64,000 bases of DNA, taken from assembly GCA_965603825.1 (NCBI GenBank), contig CBFDEM010000020.1, positions 620,001 to 684,000 of the forward strand, written 5' to 3'. This DNA comes from Blepharisma stoltei ATCC 30299. Its lineage: Eukaryota > Protista > Ciliophora. Position numbers and translations under genes: made by a program. The notes under the pieces are model-generated. The model had not been told where the DNA came from, searched no databases, and worked only from the letters and a program-made list of their open reading frames with translations. Shown here piece after piece: positions 36,526 to 48,228 of this stretch. How positions within the stretch are numbered: position 1 is the stretch's first letter; the number at the start of each line of letters is the position of its first letter.

Positions 36526-38463
36526 TTAATCAACTTGCTCAACGTTTGGTCCATTAAATGGACTTGCTCCTTGGCTGAACCCTCCATTGCTCATTCCATT
36601 TATATTAGTTGCTCCATTCTGTTGATAAATTTTTACTATGATTGGATTGCTGATACTCTCCAGTTCTTTCTGTTTGCTTTCAAATTCGCTTACCTCTGCT
36701 TCTGGATTACTTTCAATCCATCTCTGAATTTCTTCAATTTTTGCCTCTACAATATTTTTCTCACTTTGGCTGATTTTATCCTTCACTTTTTCATCATTTA
36801 TAGTATTTCTCAAGTTATATAGATAGCCTTCCAATCCATTTTTTGCTTCAATTTTCTGCTTAATTGCATCGTCTTCCATTTTGAATCTTTCAGCTTCACT
36901 AACCATCCTTTCAATATCACTTTTGCTGAGTCTTCCATTTTCGTTGGTTATGGTAATTCTAGTGATTTTATCTGTAGCTTTTTCTTTTGCTGACACATTT
37001 AAAACCCCATTCGCATCAATTTCAAAAGTTACTTCAATTTGAGGGACACCTTTGGGTGCTGGTGGGATTCCTTCTAAGTTGAATCTACCCAGAAAATGGT
37101 TGTCTTTAGTCATTGATCTTTCACCTTCATAAACTTGAATGCACACACTTGACTGATTATTTGCATAAGTAGTAAACATTTGGGATTTTTGAGTAGGTTT
37201 TCCAGAGTTTCTTGGAATTAAAACTGTCATAACTCCTCCAGCTGTTTCAATCCCAAGGGATAAAGGTATTATGTCTAATAACACAACATTTTGTACCTGA
37301 CCTGAGGTGACTCCTGACAAAATTGCTCCTTGCACAGCAGCTCCATATGCTACAGCTTCATCTGGATTGATATTTCTGTTTGGTTCTTTTCCATTGAAAA
37401 ACTCTTGTATAAGTTGTTGAACCTTTGGTATCCTAGTCGAGCCTCCTACAAGGACTACTTCATTAATTTGATTTTTCGAAATACCAGAATCTCTTAGTAC
37501 TCTCTCAACAGGCTCAATGCAGCCCCTAAAATAGTCCATGTTCAATTCTTCAAACTTGGCCCTTGTCATAGTAGTAAAATAATCATTACTTTCTGCAAGA
37601 GCATCAATTTCAATGCTAGCTTGAGTTGCTGACGAAAGTGTTCTTTTAGCTCTTTCACATGCCGTTCTTAGTCTTCTTAAAGCTCTGTTGTTAGTTGTTA
37701 TATCTATTCCAGTTTTTTTCTTGAAGTCAGCTGCACAGTAATCCACCATACGGTTGTCAAAATCTTCTCCCCCTAAATGAGTATTCCCTGATGCAGCTTT
37801 AACTTCAAATACTCCTTCTTCAATAGTAAGTAAAGACACATCAAAAGTGCCACCACCTAAGTCAAATATTAAAACATTAGATTCTCCTTGGTGCATCTTA
37901 TCAAGACCATAAGCAATTGCTGCAGCAGTTGGCTCGTTGATGATTCTTTTGACGTCAAAGCCAGCTATCATTCCTGCATCTTTTGTAGCTTGCCTTTGAG
38001 AATCGTTAAAGTAGGCTGGAACTGTAATGACTGCATTTTTGACTGTTCTCCCAAGATATGATTCTGCAGTTTCTTTCATCTTAGTTAGCACCATTGCCGA
38101 AATTTCTTCAGCATAAAATCTTTTTTCTTGGCCTTTAAAGTTCACGACAATTTGAGGCCTGTTGTCTTGCCCACAGATGACTCTAAAAGGCCAAAGTCTC
38201 ATATCGTTTTGAACAACTGGCTCATCAAATTTTCTCCCAATGAGCCTTTTTGCATCAAACACAGTGTTTTCTGGATTTCTTGTAACTTGGCTCTTTGCTG
38301 CATCGCCTATCAGTCTTTCTACATCTGAAAAAGCGACATAAGAGGGAGTTGTTCTGTTACCTTGATCGTTTGCTATAATTTCAACTTTATCATTTTGCCA
38401 CACACCTACACAACTGTATGTGGTTCCGAGATCTATTCCAATGCACGGTTCTTCGCTTGACAT
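36526..38463 (-). CDS. HSP70: Cytosolic heat shock protein 70
   Basis: [22 protein letters not shown] and [12 protein letters not shown] signatures; ends GPNVEQVD. Confidence 0.98.
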   Translation of the reverse strand: MSSEEPCIGIDLGTTYSCVGVWQNDKVEIIANDQGNRTTPSYVAFSDVERLIGDAAKSQVTRNPENTVFDAKRLIGRKFDEPVVQNDMRLWPFRVICGQDNRPQIVVNFKGQEKRFYAEEISAMVLTKMKETAESYLGRTVKNAVITVPAYFNDSQRQATKDAGMIAGFDVKRIINEPTAAAIAYGLDKMHQGESNVLIFDLGGGTFDVSLLTIEEGVFEVKAASGNTHLGGEDFDNRMVDYCAADFKKKTGIDITTNNRALRRLRTACERAKRTLSSATQASIEIDALAESNDYFTTMTRAKFEELNMDYFRGCIEPVERVLRDSGISKNQINEVVLVGGSTRIPKVQQLIQEFFNGKEPNRNINPDEAVAYGAAVQGAILSGVTSGQVQNVVLLDIIPLSLGIETAGGVMTVLIPRNSGKPTQKSQMFTTYANNQSSVCIQVYEGERSMTKDNHFLGRFNLEGIPPAPKGVPQIEVTFEIDANGVLNVSAKEKATDKITRITITNENGRLSKSDIERMVSEAERFKMEDDAIKQKIEAKNGLEGYLYNLRNTINDEKVKDKISQSEKNIVEAKIEEIQRWIESNPEAEVSEFESKQKELESISNPIIVKIYQQNGATNINGMSNGGFSQGASPFNGPNVEQVD

Positions 38464-38490
38464 ATATTCTTAGGTTTGGTCAGTTTGTTG

Positions 38491-38545
38491 TCTATTTATA
38501 TCTGATAGAAGTTTCGAGAATAATTTTCATAGAAGTTTCTAGAAT
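38491..38545 (-). promoter_or_regulatory. HSP70 promoter: TATA box plus two perfect heat-shock elements
   Basis: aGAAgtTTCgaGAAt at 38507-38521 and aGAAgtTTCtaGAAt at 38531-38545; TATAAATA on the minus strand at 38500-38493. Confidence 0.85.
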
Positions 38546-38872
38546 CCATCAAAAATAAATATGGAGCATTATTTTATTTTATTAATAAAAGCTTATAAAT
38601 AATTGAAAAAAGACATGTAAGGAATTTTTAGAGGTTTTTATAAAGAATTTGAAGTTCACTGAGCAGAATTTATTCTTTTTCTGCCAGTTGAATTGAATTA
38701 TTGCATATTTACTAAAATAGGAAATAAATTATTTGATTTGTGTTTTGTATATAATTTAAATATCCTTGAATTTTTGAGTCAATGTTTTTAAATATTTTTC
38801 AAAGATTTAATTATTTAATTGAAAATTTATCTTATAAAGAAAAGAAACTTCCAATAAAATTATTTCGAATAT

Positions 38873-40129
38873 ATGTCTAAATCAAGGCATTTACTTAAAG
38901 AAAAAGCATCGACAGTCAGAACATCTAATGAGCCTACTTATTCTAGCGTTGAAGAATTAGAAACCAAAATAGCTGATCTTCAAAAAGAGCTAGAATCTGC
39001 TGAAGAGCAGACAAAAAAGGTTTCGGAAATAAATCTAAAAAAATTAGACCATCTTGTCAAACGAGAGCACGAATATAGGACGACAATGTCTCAATACGAA
39101 GACCAACTGCAAGGAAGAATATGAAACAAGCAAGTGCAGCTTAATCCTTTAACATTGCAAAACCTTGAAAAAATCAATAAATTCCATAAAGACATTAACG
39201 ATAAAATCGGCATTGTTCAGTATAAAACTACTCAAATTATGATTGACAAAGAAAGAGATATCGTAAAAGACTATAATTCTAAATTCACTAATATAGAAAG
39301 TGAACTAAACAACCAAAAATCCACAAATATTATAAAAATTGATACAGCTGAGAAGAAAGAAAAGCAACTGCTAAAGCGACGTGAAAACTTGCAGAAGAAA
39401 ATGGTCAATCTTGAAAAAAATCACCAAAAACTTATAATGGAAAATCAAGCTTTAAAGCTTGACATGAAAGACCAAGAAAATGACATAGAAAACCAAAAAT
39501 TCGAGCTGGAGCTACTTCATGTCACAAATTTACAGCTAAAACGAGATTTAAGGCATTTCTCATCAGAAATGGTAGATTTAAAAAAAGTAACACCATTAAG
39601 CACAGAAAGATCAAGACCTCCTCAGCATTTTGCATCAACTGGAAATTTAATAAATAACTCTTATGATACTGATATTGCATCATTAAAAGTAAAAATCAAG
39701 AAAGAGCAGGAAAATAATCGAAGGGTGAAAAACGAGCTTATACAGTTGCTAGAGTCAAAAAAAGAGCTCAAAACATTTTTAAGGCAGTGTATAGATGATG
39801 TAAAAGATAAAATTACCCAGCATCTTACTAATATCAAATTAAATCAAAGTCCACTAACTGAAGAGCAACAAGAAAAGCTGATGGAGCTTCTTTTATCCCA
39901 GGAAAGAGTTTTAACTCTTCTTCACGATAAAGCATTTCCTCAACAAAATGGCTCTCAGAAATTAAGTGGCAGTAAAGAAGCAGAAATGAAAAATAACATT
40001 GTAGGCATTGAAGGGACTATGGAGAGAATCGATAAAGTGTATGATCACTATGAAAACATATTAAAAAGCGATTCAATCCATTTCAAAAATAAAAGAAAGC
40101 AAATTTTAAATAATAAATTCTATGCATAG
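38873..40129 (+). CDS. Ciliary-type coiled-coil protein (BBOF1/CFAP157-like C-terminal motif)
   Basis: Joined via TGA at 39122-39124; ELKTFLRQCIDDVK...LLLSQERVLTLLHDKAFP. Confidence 0.65.
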
Positions 40130-41294
40130 TAACTTGTAACTAGGGTATAGACTTATATCGAAAAAAGGTGAAGGCACGTTCAGCGTTGTTTTCAAAGCTC
40201 AGAGCATTAAAACCGGCAAATGCGTAGCTATAAAGTGCATGAAAAATCATTTTACTTCAATTGACCAGGTAAATAATTTAAGGGAAATTCAAGCATTGAG
40301 AAGGCTTTCCCCACATCCTCACATAGTAAAACTTATTGAAGTTATTTAGTAATTTTTATACAGTGATGAGCCTACTGGAAGACTTGCCCTTGTATTTGAA
40401 TTGATGGATTTAAATTTATATGAGTGGTACAGAAGTCGGAAAAATCGAATTCCTGAAAGCAAAATCAAGCTTTTCATGTATCAGATGATGGTCGGCCTAG
40501 AACATATGCATAAAGCTGGAATATTTCATCGAGATATTAAGCCAGAAAATGTGCTATTATTTGAAGAAGCATTAAAATTAGCTGATTTTGGGTCGTGCAG
40601 AGGGATAAATACTAAACAGCCGTATACCGAGTATATTTCAACAAGATGATATAGACCTCCTGAATGCTTAATGACTGATGGGTACTATAACTTCGCCATG
40701 GATAACTGAGGAGCAGGCTGCATTTTTTTTGAAATTATAGCATTATCTCCTCTTTTTCCTGGGAAAAATGAATTGGACCAAGTTCATAAAATTCATAAAA
40801 TTTTAGGAACTCCCCCGAAAGAAATTTTAGACGAATTCAAGACTAAAGCATCCCATATGGAATTTAATTTCGAAACTTGCACAGGTTCAGGTATAGAAAA
40901 TTTAATCCCTTCTGCTGATCCTCAAGCTATTGATTTGATTCAAAAACTGCTGTCTTATGACTGGGAGAAAAGAATTTCTGCTCATGATGCTTTAAAACAT
41001 CCTTATTTTCACGATGTTAAATATGAGAGCCATGTAAAGCTCTTCCAAATGCCACTAAAAACTAAGTCGCCTGAAGGAGATAATGCTGCAGGAGAAAGAT
41101 CTAAAGAAAGTAATATTTATTTACCGCCTATTGAAAGTAAAAAACAACAAACACTCCCGAAATTTGGGCAAGGATTTACACTTTCGAAAAAGAATATCAC
41201 TTTGGACCATAAACCTCAAAATGTAGGGAAACCTTATTTCTCTCAATGGAAATCTCCATATGCTGCTAAGCATTTTTATAAGTCTCATTTTTAA
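40122..41294 (+). CDS. MOK: MOK/RAGE-family (RCK) protein kinase (2 introns)
   Basis: MHRYRLISKKGEGTFS, QVNNLREIQALRRL, HRDIKPEN, DFGS, TEYISTRWYR; introns at 40129-40143 and 40349-40363. Confidence 0.9.
40129..40143 (+). other. 15-nt intron
   Basis: GTAACTTGTAACTAG. Confidence 0.85.
40349..40363 (+). other. 15-nt intron
   Basis: GTAATTTTTATACAG; removal restores VIYDEPTGRLALVFELM. Confidence 0.92.
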
Positions 41295-41674
41295 TTGATT
41301 GAAGATATAATATATTTTCTGAAAATGTGCATACTCTTAAAAAAAATATTTTTATCTCAAATATATTCTCAATCCTTTCAAATATAAATTTATATCTTAA
41401 TATTTTATTTTCTATGATATCCTCTGCTTGATAATTTTGCCTACATTTCGTGCTAATAAAAATTAGGACATTAATCTAAATTTGTTGATCACTTATAAAT
41501 TAAATCTAGAATGAAGAAATGCACTATCTATGACATTAGCACATAGCAACGATGCAGATTGAAGCAAATTACAAATTATTTGACATTTTTAGCTTAATAG
41601 CAAAAAGTTTTTTTAATGAAATTATGGGTAGAATTCTGATAAATTTTTAAAGGATTAGTTAAAGTACTGATACA

Positions 41675-42115
41675 TTAGCTCTTCACAAATCTTCCTTTGA
41701 TTCTCAATTTTTGCTTTGCAATTATGCTTCGGCCAGTAAATTTTCTCGATAAATGGCTTTTCTGTCGACGTTCTTTAATTTTTTGCTTGTATTTAAGTAT
41801 TTTTTGTTCACGAACTTCTCGGGAATAGGCCCCAATAGAATAGCTGCTATTATCTACATTTGAAGTTGTACTTGCAAGTGACAGAGAGCTATCAATTCTT
41901 GGAATTGGTTTAAATGGTTCAGCAAACCCCAGTAAAACTTTTTCAAGCTGTAGATTTTGGAATTTTGCTTGAAAAAGTTCACGACTAAGGCTCATATTTT
42001 CATCTCTTGCAGCTATCAACTCAGTCGAAAGCTGGCTCCAGAGGTTTTGCCCACTCCCTAATTGATTCACACGGATAGGAATAGGGACAATGATTTGATC
42101 TTCGTTGTGGTTCAT
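41675..42115 (-). CDS. CCT-domain protein
   Basis: C-terminal REQKILKYKQK...RKFTGRSIIAKQKLRIKGRFVKS. Confidence 0.8.
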   Translation of the reverse strand: MNHNEDQIIVPIPIRVNQLGSGQNLWSQLSTELIAARDENMSLSRELFQAKFQNLQLEKVLLGFAEPFKPIPRIDSSLSLASTTSNVDNSSYSIGAYSREVREQKILKYKQKIKERRQKSHLSRKFTGRSIIAKQKLRIKGRFVKS

Positions 42116-42870
42116 AATAATATTAGCGTTTTTGATCCCTATTTATTCTAAAACTTCTGTTTTTGAATTTTTTTACACTTATTTAGTATTAGATCATTAG
42201 GAATTTAATTAAAATTTTAAATGACAGACAGCCAGATTATTTTTATCTTTAACAAAATGAGATTTACTCGTCTATTTATATTGTCAAAACTCAAAAAATT
42301 CTGAGAAAAGTGTGCCATATTGATGACATCATCACTAAGTGCACCAATATGATATGATTTTGTTGAAAATATGAGCTGATTTGCAATACAATATAAGCTT
42401 CTAAGCAAGATTATTGCAATTTATATAAATCAATTTTTTGTGATTATAATTAATGATAATTCAATTATACTAAATCTGAAACAAAGAGTGCAAAAATTTT
42501 ATCTAGCCTCTTAAATAGGTGGAAGTAAATTTCAAAAAGTCCAAATCAGTTTAAAATGGTAATTTTTTAAGTATAGGATTTTCTTAATCAAAGCGTGAAT
42601 CTTTTTCAAATTATTTTATCTTTGGTTTCAGTTACTACAAAATTAGATGCTTGAATATTGATTAAAACATATTAGAAATTATCTTTTTGCATTTTTAAGT
42701 AATAAAGCATCTTTCAGGCATAAGAATTCATATTTAATAATATATTTATCATTACAAATCAAAAATTATCATCAAACATTTTCTGCAAATCTCCTTAAAA
42801 TAGATCCTCAGAGTTAAAATCTTATTCTATCTACATTCATTCTTACTAATTATAGCAAAGTTACTATTTA

Positions 42871-43263
42871 TTATCTTCTTGAATTATGATAGTCTCTATA
42901 CTGCTTATACCCATCTCTGTTTTGATATCTATACCTTTCTGGCGAATCGCTTCTGTTTCTGATTCTCATATGCTCTTCTTGTAGCTCTTTTTCTTTTTCA
43001 ACGATCTTTTCTTGTCTTTTTTTAATGATTTTTAGCAGAAACTCGTACCACGATTCTTCAGTAAATCCAAAGTTAAAGAAATCAGAAATTTCGGCGCCAG
43101 GGATGAGCCAAGGTTTATCAACTTTTTCCATGGGTGTAGGCTTATAGTCGCTTCCTACATATTGGTGAACTTTTTTCCTTGATTCTACCCAGTCTTCAAG
43201 CAAATAATCATTGCAGTCTCCCCAGTAAATTTTTACGTCAAGATCTTCTTCTTCACTTTCCAT
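42871..43263 (-). CDS. FIP1: Fip1-motif pre-mRNA polyadenylation factor
   Basis: DKPWLIPGAEISDFFNFGFTEESW. Confidence 0.88.
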   Translation of the reverse strand: MESEEEDLDVKIYWGDCNDYLLEDWVESRKKVHQYVGSDYKPTPMEKVDKPWLIPGAEISDFFNFGFTEESWYEFLLKIIKKRQEKIVEKEKELQEEHMRIRNRSDSPERYRYQNRDGYKQYRDYHNSRR

Positions 43264-43312
43264 ATTAATATGATTATTAAGATCTTAATAAATTAAATAT
43301 TTTGCAATGGAT

Positions 43313-44245
43313 TTAAGCGTTTTCTATCTTTTCGAATTTAGAAATTACAAGACTTCCTGTATCTTTAGTCTCTCCTTTATTATGAGTTGTGTAGACGATT
43401 AAGTCACTTTTTATATCAAAAGCATGGACTATTGCATTTTCTTCAGCAAGTCTGATAGTGTTAATAACCTGTTGTGATTGAAGATCCCATCCATATAGAT
43501 TTCCATCTTCAGACCCACTTCATATAGATTGATTGTCATCAGAAACTTGAATTTGACATTTAAATCTTTCGTTTTTGTGACCTGTGTATGTCCGTAAAGG
43601 AAGACTTTTGATTTCTTCTATATCCCACATATAAATTTTATTAGTCAAGCATGCACTTGCAACCAGTCCATTGTCGCCTACAAATTTAGCTCTTGAAATA
43701 GGGGCATTTTTGGAGTAAGAAATCGTTTTTATGCTATTTAAGCTCATAGTGTCTCATACATGCATAGTTCCATCATAAGAAGCTGTTAAAAACACTGAAG
43801 AATCCTTGGAAAAATCTACAGAAGTGATAGTTTCTCTATGAATATGAAAAAAACTATTGATTTCACTAATATTCCTTATATCCCACAAAAACACTGAGCA
43901 GTCATTTCCTCCAGACAAAATCAATAAATTCTTAGGATCAATAGATAAAGACTGAACATAATTCGTATGCCCAAAAAGGGTTGTCATAAGTTGTCCTGAA
44001 ATGTCTCTTATCTGTGTAGTTCCGTCATCTGCACAAGAAAAGATATATTTTCCACATCTGTCTCATAGCACTTCATTAACTCCTAAGGTATGAGCTTCAA
44101 TTTCTGATTTTCATTTTTGAGTCACGAGGTCTAATACACGGACGCTTCCATCTATGCAGCCTACGACTAAATTTTCATCAAACAGCTTAAGGGTGGAAAT
44201 TTGAGAAGAAATTTCGAGTTCAATAGGATTAAGCAATTGCGCCAT
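43313..44245 (-). CDS. WD40-repeat protein (WDR5/Swd3-like)
   Basis: GHTNYV, LWDIR, TASYDG...HV-W(TGA)-D, RTYTGHKNERF, SGSEDG; TAA at 43315-43313. Confidence 0.8.
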
Positions 44246-44321
44246 AATTATAAGATATTACCTTTTATATAGTAAGTAGTCTGTTTTTCTGCTTAAATGC
44301 ATATAAGATAATGATAATTTA

Positions 44322-45557
44322 TTAGCTATCTCTGGAGTAGATCCCTTCTACTTGTGTTATGAAGCTTTCCAAAGCTATCATAACGACAGTAATATTGTCC
44401 AGGGTTCTCCTAATAAGGGCGGTTTTCATTACATTTTCTACAGCATTTCCACATTGCCTGTGGCAGTTTTGAGCTTTTCCTTCATAAACGCTTGACCAAA
44501 CGCATTGGATGACTTCTTTATTCGTGAGTTTGTCAAAGATTCCATCGCTTGCTAGCACGATGAAATCATACCCAGCATGGACTTTAAACGCTTTGATTTC
44601 AGGGCTTGATATGAGCACTTCAGAGTTTCCGCCTAAATCTTCATGCTTTCCTTCGATATCTCCAAAGGTTCGACTTACTGATAACCTCCCAGGGAAAACT
44701 CTATAAGGTCCTGCTATTTGCTGATTTTCTTGGCCTTGAACGGTGCTTTGATATACTCTTCCACCTTTCGATATAATTCTTTCGTATTCTTTTTCTTCAT
44801 ATGGTTTATGATCTTTAGATAATGGATATATTTTACTTCCTTTTTCACCACTCATTATAGCTCTAGAATCCCCTACATTGGCTGCATAGCAAATTTCGCC
44901 CACAATTACTATTACAATAGCACAACTTCCTGATCTGTCAATAGGAGTCTGAGACTTTGCAAACTCCAAAAATGTCCTTTCAGCTGCTTGGAAGCCGGCT
45001 TTGATTGCTTCTTTAGGGTTAAATGGGAAATTAGGATCTCTGATTACAAATTGGTGTAAATTATCACGTAAAAAATCAGCACATGCAGAGCCACCATGAC
45101 CATCATAAACTCCGAAAAATGAGCAACGAGGCCAATTTTCATTGGCACGATTTGGAGGCTTCATTATGTTCAGAATGATGCTAACTCTGTCTTCATTATA
45201 ATTCCTTACTAATCCTTGGTTTGTGCAAGCTGCATAGGCTTTGACTATGCCGTTTTCTTTGAGTGAGCATTTTGTGAGATCAGGGTTTATTGTGAAAGGC
45301 ATTTCTATAGATTTTCTTTCAGAATTTCTAGCTGTTTGGCAGCGGATATTGCGAGGAGTAGTTCGGGTAGAAGATGATGCAACTGGCTTGTGAGACCGAG
45401 AAGTCTGAACGCTAGGAATTCTCGGCGATTTTAAGGAGTCCATAGATAGAGGCTCCAACGAGCTGCCTATGGATTTCCATTTGAAGTTTGAAATAGTTTC
45501 TTTGGCATTAGTTTTGTCTTTTAGTGGTAAAACTGAATTTTGGCTTGAGCTTAACAT
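44322..45557 (-). CDS. Protein phosphatase 2C (PPM family)
   Basis: NEDR, FFGVYDGHGG, ANVGDSRA, LASDGIFD and DNITV motifs. Confidence 0.95.
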   Translation of the reverse strand: MLSSSQNSVLPLKDKTNAKETISNFKWKSIGSSLEPLSMDSLKSPRIPSVQTSRSHKPVASSSTRTTPRNIRCQTARNSERKSIEMPFTINPDLTKCSLKENGIVKAYAACTNQGLVRNYNEDRVSIILNIMKPPNRANENWPRCSFFGVYDGHGGSACADFLRDNLHQFVIRDPNFPFNPKEAIKAGFQAAERTFLEFAKSQTPIDRSGSCAIVIVIVGEICYAANVGDSRAIMSGEKGSKIYPLSKDHKPYEEKEYERIISKGGRVYQSTVQGQENQQIAGPYRVFPGRLSVSRTFGDIEGKHEDLGGNSEVLISSPEIKAFKVHAGYDFIVLASDGIFDKLTNKEVIQCVWSSVYEGKAQNCHRQCGNAVENVMKTALIRRTLDNITVVMIALESFITQVEGIYSRDS

Positions 45558-45797
45558 TTCCTTTTAATTTCAAAAATTATTCAAATTTAGAATTAAATTT
45601 TAACAGATTATGAAAAGATTCAAGAGCGGAATAAATGGAGATTTAGAATATTTTATGACATTCGGAGTATTATTGAATGAAAAAATGGATAAGATTATAT
45701 CAAATATTTGTTCTGAATAGTCCCGAAGCAGGACCATTTTTCCGTTAAAATTGTATTTTCCTTAAAAATAAGGGCTTATTATTAATTATTTCAATGA

Positions 45798-46274
45798 TTA
45801 TGAAGCTTCTTCTTCTAGTATTAGAAGCTCTTCTTCTGAAACAAATTCACTTTCGCCATTCGTAATGATTAATACTTCGTCTTTTCCAAAATTCCTGACT
45901 AAGTCTTCATCTGTAAGTGTAAATTCTCTAATACCTTTTTTGTCATATTGAATGTTGTTTATTACAACGATTTCGTCCTCTGCCATTACCAAATAAAGCT
46001 TGATAAGCGCAATAATGTCTTCATTTAATTCTCTTTCAGACACTGAATAAAACCCATATTTGCTATAGTCTGAAACTGCATGATCTGCGATTCCGTCAAC
46101 AACGGCTATATATTTAGATTTTAGTTCTTGTCGTTCCTCTTCAGTAAGAATTTCTCCTGTTTCAGGGTGATAAAACACTTCAGTAGGCGAGTTTATTTGA
46201 TTTTGTGAGCTATTCTTTGACAGGCTGCTATAAGCTGTGTAAGTTAAAATACACAAGGATAAGAAATGTATCAT
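45798..46274 (-). CDS. Acidic secreted hypothetical protein
   Basis: N-terminal signal-like segment; 158-aa ORF. Confidence 0.65.
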   Translation of the reverse strand: MIHFLSLCILTYTAYSSLSKNSSQNQINSPTEVFYHPETGEILTEEERQELKSKYIAVVDGIADHAVSDYSKYGFYSVSERELNEDIIALIKLYLVMAEDEIVVINNIQYDKKGIREFTLTDEDLVRNFGKDEVLIITNGESEFVSEEELLILEEEAS

Positions 46275-46476
46275 TATTTAAAGCCATTTTTTTGAAAAAT
46301 TTTAGTTTAACTGTTTTTAATGAAATTCATCGTATCTTGAATTTGCATAAACATCTTTTAACTATTTTGGGATGCTTTTATTAATAAAATTTATTTTTAA
46401 TTTCTTGATTATTATAAGGGCTAGTAATCAATAAATGTGAAAATTGTCTTTGCAAATGTTTTATCAAAGATAATAA

Positions 46477-47154
46477 ATGGCCTATGAAGAGAACAAACGA
46501 GTTCTCCATGTTAGAACTCCTGTTGTTTTAGAAGAACAAGAAATCAATACTGAGCCCAACGCAAGTTTATGCACGAAATCTGTTTTTCCAAAATATGATA
46601 GTTTTAGTCAAAAATTCCCTTGCTTGCGATCAAATGCTGTAAATCCAGACAAAAAGAGCTCTCAAATATTCCAGAGATCAGCAGAAAATATTCATATAAA
46701 TAACAAATCACGATACCAAAGCCCTTTAAGCATTGGTTCAAGAAAAAAATGATCTCCATCTCCAATTCGTGACTGTGAAAGCGACTTAGAATTAACATTT
46801 TTCCAAAGATCAATAGTCCCTAGAAAAGACTCCCGATTAAGAGCACATCCTATATCAGAAATTTCGCTAGAAGTTCCTATTATAGAAGCTGCCCCAAATC
46901 CTAGCGCACGATCTAAAGATTTAAATTCAATTAAAAACTGGAAAGCTCAACAATCGTCGAGCCATAAAAGAATTAGGTCAAATGAGCCTAAACGAGGATC
47001 AGTTAAAGTCTTAAGAAAACGGGCTTCAACTCCTCTTAAAGTTCAGTGCAATAATCTATATAATATTCATATTAAAATACAAGAACGGCAAATCACTCCT
47101 GTTCATTTAGATTATGTAACACAAATCATGAAAAGGCCGTGGCTGTCAACATAA
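46477..47154 (+). CDS. Hypothetical protein
   Basis: Reads through TGA at 46750-46752 to TAA at 47152-47154. Confidence 0.65.
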
Positions 47155-47186
47155 TTTAAACAATGTTTAATTTATAAATGGCTCGT

Positions 47187-48011
47187 TTAATTTTCAATTA
47201 TATTATGCTTCTTAATTGGATCAATATTTTTTTCTTCATCAATAGTGTCAGCAGAGCTTTCTGAAGGAGTTTTAACAATATCTTTTAAAATTTCATCTTT
47301 AAGCTTACTACACAATTTATCAAGATTTTCTATTTTTTTGTCAGCAGATAGTTTTCCTAATTTATTTTTTGGATCTGTTTGGTTATAAATCAATATTTCT
47401 GTATGATTATTTACTAATGATATCAATATAATATTAAAATGTATAACTCCTCTGTTAAACCCTTTTTCAATAGGTTTCTTTTCATGCTCGACATTACAAG
47501 AAATAACAGCCACATTTTCCCCACTTGTTTTTATATAGGTTTTAGTGACATAATCATTTTTATACCCTAAAAGCATGACACTTTGATAGACGTAAAATAG
47601 ACCAGGAAACGTTCCATCAAAAATTTCAACAGTTGCCACATCATCTCAATTTTTTCGTTTTTCTGCTAATAAAATAACGTCTAAAACTTTTTTTAAAGGC
47701 ACTTTTTCGTCGAGATGAAGTCATACTTTGCTCACAGGTGATGTCTTATCGAATTTTGAGCCTCTAATAGATTTTACATAAAATCATAAATCTTCTTTGA
47801 TAGTATTTCATGATGCTTCAGTGTTCAATTCTTCAATATATTTTAGAAGGTCATAAGGTTGAATATCAAGATTTTCTTCAATTGGTCTGATGCATAATCG
47901 CTGAGCTTCAGAAATTATTGAATTAATTTTAGGATGATAAGCGCTGTTTTCCTTTGACCCTGATGCAGATTTCTAAGTAGAAAATACATCTCGCGAAGCA
48001 CAGCATCCCAT
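47187..48011 (-). CDS. START-like lipid-binding protein with MGCC acylation motif (1 intron)
   Basis: ATG 48011; intron 47973-47987; RKN-W(TGA)-D and YNQTDPK features. Confidence 0.7.
47973..47987 (-). other. 15-nt intron
   Basis: GTATTTTCTACTTAG. Confidence 0.85.
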
Positions 48012-48228
48012 ATTGAATATAATAATAAGTAAAAAGACTATTACTTCAGATTTTATTTAGATTTTGATGATAACCGGTTTTATTTTTTGGGTACTAATAA
48101 ACCATTTATAATAATAAAAACCATAATTATTTTATATCGGAAACAAATAACTAAAGAGCTTTTCAGATTTTATTTAAAAATAATAATTAATTATTAATAT
48201 TTAGCTATTTTATTTATTTTATAGGTAA

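Noticed and set aside
40269-40282. GTAAATAATTTAAG as an intron in MOK
   Set aside because: It is 14 nt and encodes the conserved QVNNLRE motif.
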